This document shows, in pieces, positions 60,625 through 64,000 of a DNA stretch of 64,000 nt. A program made the translations under genes and the position numbers. Numbering within the stretch: the stretch's first letter is position 1; each line of letters starts with the position of its first letter. This DNA is from Candidatus Poribacteria bacterium (GTDB lineage: Bacteria; Poribacteria; WGA-4E; PCPOR2b): the NCBI GenBank assembly GCA_965218095.1, contig OZ244587.1, forward strand, positions 5,248,001 to 5,312,000, read 5' to 3'. The notes beneath the pieces are model-generated. The model did not search any database. It saw nothing but the letters and a program-made list of their open reading frames with translations, and had not been told where the DNA came from.

Positions 60625-62553
60625 ATGCGATTCCGCACCCTCTTGCTCTTTATCATCGTTTTCCTTTTCGGCGCCGGCAAATCAACGGCTTTGGTTGATC
60701 TTTCTATCATCAGTCCGACAACGGGTTTTACAACAAACAATCGAACGCTACAGGTTGAGGGAGTAGTTGAATCCTCAATCCCAACGAAAGTTATCGTTTC
60801 GACAAATACACCTGCTGGTATTCGAGATCTCGCGCAAGTGGCGCATTCAATTTATGCAATCGTCGTAGATCTCGGAAGTTTACAAGAACTCAAGGGGCTG
60901 TTGATTCGTCCCGTTACGGATGGAGAGTTCCCACGCGGTCCACGCTTGACACGTATCGCCTTTTCTCAGGATGGTTCCAGTTTCTCTGGGGGGCAACCTT
61001 TCAACATTCCATCTGGCATAGATCCGGTTTTCCAAAGCGCCGTCGTTGATTTCTCGTCCATTATCTCCACACGATTCATTCAAATTGAGATGCTCGAAGG
61101 TTGGCAGATCGGGCCGATTGCCATTGAGTCAATCGGGTTTTTAGACACCAGCAATCGGATCATACAAGCGCGGATCCAATCCATTTCAATCCTGCTCAAT
61201 CTGACAGAAACACGCCGTGCAACTTTTTCCATAGAAGTCTTGCTCGAAGCGGGGGAAAACCGACTCTCGTTGATCGCGAGGGAACTTTCACTATCAGATC
61301 CGGATTCACCGGACGCGGTGGACGCAGAGACGATTTCACTCTTCCACCTTCCAGAGTTACAACCTGAAGCGGCTGATGAAGGATTTTTCACCCTGAGCGA
61401 TGGAAGCCAGGCAACAATTGTAATTCCGGCAGATGCATTTGATGAACGCATCAAAAAACTACAGTTTTTTCCGATTCCACCTGAGCAAGTTGATTCGCTG
61501 TCCTATCTGAGGAACACTCGTATTGTTAAGGGTACTTCGCCAGTTGTCGTTTACCGCTTTGAAGCACTCCGGCAAGGGGTGTTTGCAGCCAAAGCAACAA
61601 GGTCGCTGCCCAATCAACCACCAACGCTCGCTGTCGATGGCATCTTGGAGTCACCGTCCACATGGGTAGCGGGTCTTGTACCGCTGCCCGTTAGTCTGAC
61701 GATTGATCTCGGCATCCCGCGCACTGTCAGCCGTATGGTTGTCCATGCCAACGTGGAAGATGACATCTCCTTCGGCCCACAGAGTGCGACCATCCTCACA
61801 TCAAATGATAACGAAAATTTCACGGCGTATATTGGAATCACCGAGTTTGAAGACCAGACAACGGTTATCGAGCTTCCAACACGACCATCAGCCCGTTACT
61901 TTCGCCTTGAAATCACGGAGAGCAAACAAGCCAATAACATTCAACTGAATGAGGTTGAGTTTTTCGATGCATCGAGCGCGAAAATCGTGTCATTTGACAT
62001 CTTCGAGCATCTCATCCTTGAGCGCCCTGCATTGCTCGAACTAAGCTATAACCCTTCAGATTTGGTTGCCGCAAATATCACAAGAGAAAAAGACTTGAAA
62101 GTCTTCGTCTGGGATGCTCTCGCGCAAGAGTGGCAATTGGCAGGAGGCGAAATTGACCTAAATCAGCAAGCCGTGCGTTTGGAGCTCAACTTTATCTCCC
62201 AGGTCGCTCTGTTCCAAGCTGTCCCATCGCAGCTTCAAGCGGTGTGGAGTTTTAACCCCTTCTCGCCTGACGGAAATGGTATCGCTGACATGACGCGATT
62301 AACAATCGTGAACCCCAATGCTTCACAAATCGGACAAACTGAACTTGTTGTTGAAATTTTCGATCTCCACAATAAGCTCATCAGAACTTTGATTAATCGG
62401 ATTGTGATGAGCACGAATGCGATGAGTGTTGAATGGGATGGCAGAGATCAGAACGAGGAGATCGTTAATATCGGTCCCTACATCTACCAGATTCAGCTCC
62501 GATCTGGTACCCAGATTGGCGTCCGTAACGGCGTGATCGTGGTGGGAAAATGA
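60625..62553 (+). CDS. Secreted protein with two discoidin (F5/8 type C)-like domains and a C-terminal FlgD-Ig domain
   Basis: Signal peptide; VDLG..TRFIQI and LAVDG..W..IDLG..ARYFRL; NPFSPDGNG...WDGRD...G.YIY. Confidence 0.8.
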   Translation: MRFRTLLLFIIVFLFGAGKSTALVDLSIISPTTGFTTNNRTLQVEGVVESSIPTKVIVSTNTPAGIRDLAQVAHSIYAIVVDLGSLQELKGLLIRPVTDGEFPRGPRLTRIAFSQDGSSFSGGQPFNIPSGIDPVFQSAVVDFSSIISTRFIQIEMLEGWQIGPIAIESIGFLDTSNRIIQARIQSISILLNLTETRRATFSIEVLLEAGENRLSLIARELSLSDPDSPDAVDAETISLFHLPELQPEAADEGFFTLSDGSQATIVIPADAFDERIKKLQFFPIPPEQVDSLSYLRNTRIVKGTSPVVVYRFEALRQGVFAAKATRSLPNQPPTLAVDGILESPSTWVAGLVPLPVSLTIDLGIPRTVSRMVVHANVEDDISFGPQSATILTSNDNENFTAYIGITEFEDQTTVIELPTRPSARYFRLEITESKQANNIQLNEVEFFDASSAKIVSFDIFEHLILERPALLELSYNPSDLVAANITREKDLKVFVWDALAQEWQLAGGEIDLNQQAVRLELNFISQVALFQAVPSQLQAVWSFNPFSPDGNGIADMTRLTIVNPNASQIGQTELVVEIFDLHNKLIRTLINRIVMSTNAMSVEWDGRDQNEEIVNIGPYIYQIQLRSGTQIGVRNGVIVVGK

Positions 62554-62695
62554 AAGGTAACTGCACGGCTTTGGAGAAACTATCCCACGAAGAAAGGGAA
62601 ATCGTTCGTTCCTGTATCCACATGATGGTCCCATTGAAATTTTTGTTTCCTCATCAACCTAGAAAGTCGTAAACCTGTATATCGTTCCAAGGCGG

Positions 62696-63410
62696 GTGAT
62701 TGCAATGAGAGATTGCGCGTATAAAATCCTGGTTGTCGATGATGAAGCGGATATCGTTGACTTTATCGATGATTACCTGACGGAAGAAGGGTACAGCGTC
62801 ATCAAAGCCTACGACGGAACTGAAGCCCTTGACAAAATGCGCCAGGATCCCCCCGATCTCGTTATCCTCGACATTATGCTACCGGGATTGGATGGCTTTG
62901 AAACCTGTAAACAGATGCGGACAGAGTCTGCGGTTCCAATTTTGATGGTAACAGCGAAAGACAGTGATGTGGATAAAATCGTTGGCTTGGAAATTGGCGC
63001 AGATGATTATATATCGAAACCGTTCAATCCACGTGAGTTGGTAGCGCGGATCAAAACAATCTTGCGAAGCAACCTATCGCCAGGATTATCAGCCGCAGAG
63101 CCAAACGCCCCAACTGAAATATAAAGATCTATCTATTGACACCGAACGTCGAAAGGCAACCATCGGCGATAAACTCTTGAACTTCACAATGAAGAAATTT
63201 GATCTGCTGCTATTTCTGATGCGAAACCCAGGGCGTGTCTATTCACGCGATCATTTGCTCGATTACGTATGGGGACAGGATAGCTTCGTGGGGGCACGTA
63301 CTGTCAATGTGCACATCCGGCGACTGAGGGAACAAATTGAGACAGAGGCAAGCCAACCCGAATATATTAAAACCGTCTGGGGGGTTGGCTACAAATTCAC
63401 AGACGAATAA
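62696..63410 (+). pseudogene. OmpR/PhoB-family response regulator split by a frameshift at ~63070
   Basis: Receiver domain (ILVVDD, LDIMLP, KPF) and winged helix (RTVNVHIRRLR, TVWGVGY) lie in different frames. Confidence 0.88.
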
Positions 63411-63604
63411 CTCGATGATAGAAGGATAGAAGGATGGAAGATATACAGGATTTTGCTCTCCTGAAATCCTCTTCCTGGCACTGCTTCCAACCCCCTCTCT
63501 TTTGGATTTTCCACCCTTCCGCCAATCGCCAATCTGGGATTTCACTTCACTCAACCCGTACACCGGTCCGATCTACTTTGGTTTCCATCTCCTATTTCAA
63601 GCTG

Positions 63605-64000
63605 ATGCTCCATCTTCTACTCCTCGGGACAGGAATGGTAGGATTCTCTACGTGGACGCATGCGGCGTTTGAGGATGGATTTATAGGGGCGCGCGCCTTC
63701 GCAATGGGAGGGGCGTTCACAGCAATTGGCAATGAATCGGATGGATTGCTCGTCAACCCCGCATCGATTTCAAACCTGATGTGGCATTCGGAATCACTCC
63801 AATCCGCACAACAATTATCAGCAACAATGGCGACACTGCACGTTGGCTTGAGTGATGAAACATCGATTACACAGAACCTGGTTAGCTATGCCAATTCCCA
63901 CGCGACGCGGGGGGCTTTGGGATTGCTATGGAAGCGGTTGAACGTCAGTCACTTGTATTCAGAAAATTATGTCCTCGTTGGGGTGAGCAAAAGTTACGAC
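63605..64000 (+). CDS. PorV/PorQ (FadL-like) outer-membrane protein, 5' part
   Basis: Manual translation: signal-like stretch, then GARAFAMGGAFTAIGNE....VNPA; the start could be as far upstream as 63434; runs off the window. Confidence 0.7.
   Translation, partial: MLHLLLLGTGMVGFSTWTHAAFEDGFIGARAFAMGGAFTAIGNESDGLLVNPASISNLMWHSESLQSAQQLSATMATLHVGLSDETSITQNLVSYANSHATRGALGLLWKRLNVSHLYSENYVLVGVSKSYD

Overview
Bacterial chromosome window of roughly 50% GC. The gene content (many Gfo/Idh/MocA oxidoreductases, trypsin-TPR, FlgD-Ig and PorV-like proteins, intergenic 7-8-mer repeat arrays) suggests Ca. Poribacteria or a relative; this is inference only. It carries housekeeping genes (sat, recQ-family, minCDE, alr, rph, rdgB, larA-family, FNR) in a background of strong mobile-element activity and gene decay. 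Mobile elements seen: an IS3 remnant, a group II intron 3' end, four copies of one IS5-family element, two IS982-family elements, three MITEs/mini-elements and a TnpB/IS605 remnant. At least eight genes are broken. The best candidate for an undescribed system is 44792-58897. It consists of a divergent XRE + ImmA/IrrE pair, a 2462-aa exported membrane protein (catalytically degenerate, nicastrin/nicalin-like M28/PA domain, 2 LysM, Asp-rich repeats, MacB/FtsX permease), a 55-aa microprotein, an OPT-like transporter, a hypothetical protein, a PqqD/RRE protein and a MacB/LolD-type ATPase. Also notable are a KpnI-like HNH restriction-modification pair behind a frameshift-locked IS5 and tandem B12-radical-SAM paralogues linked to ECF transporter genes. 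I saw no rRNA, tRNA or CRISPR array.
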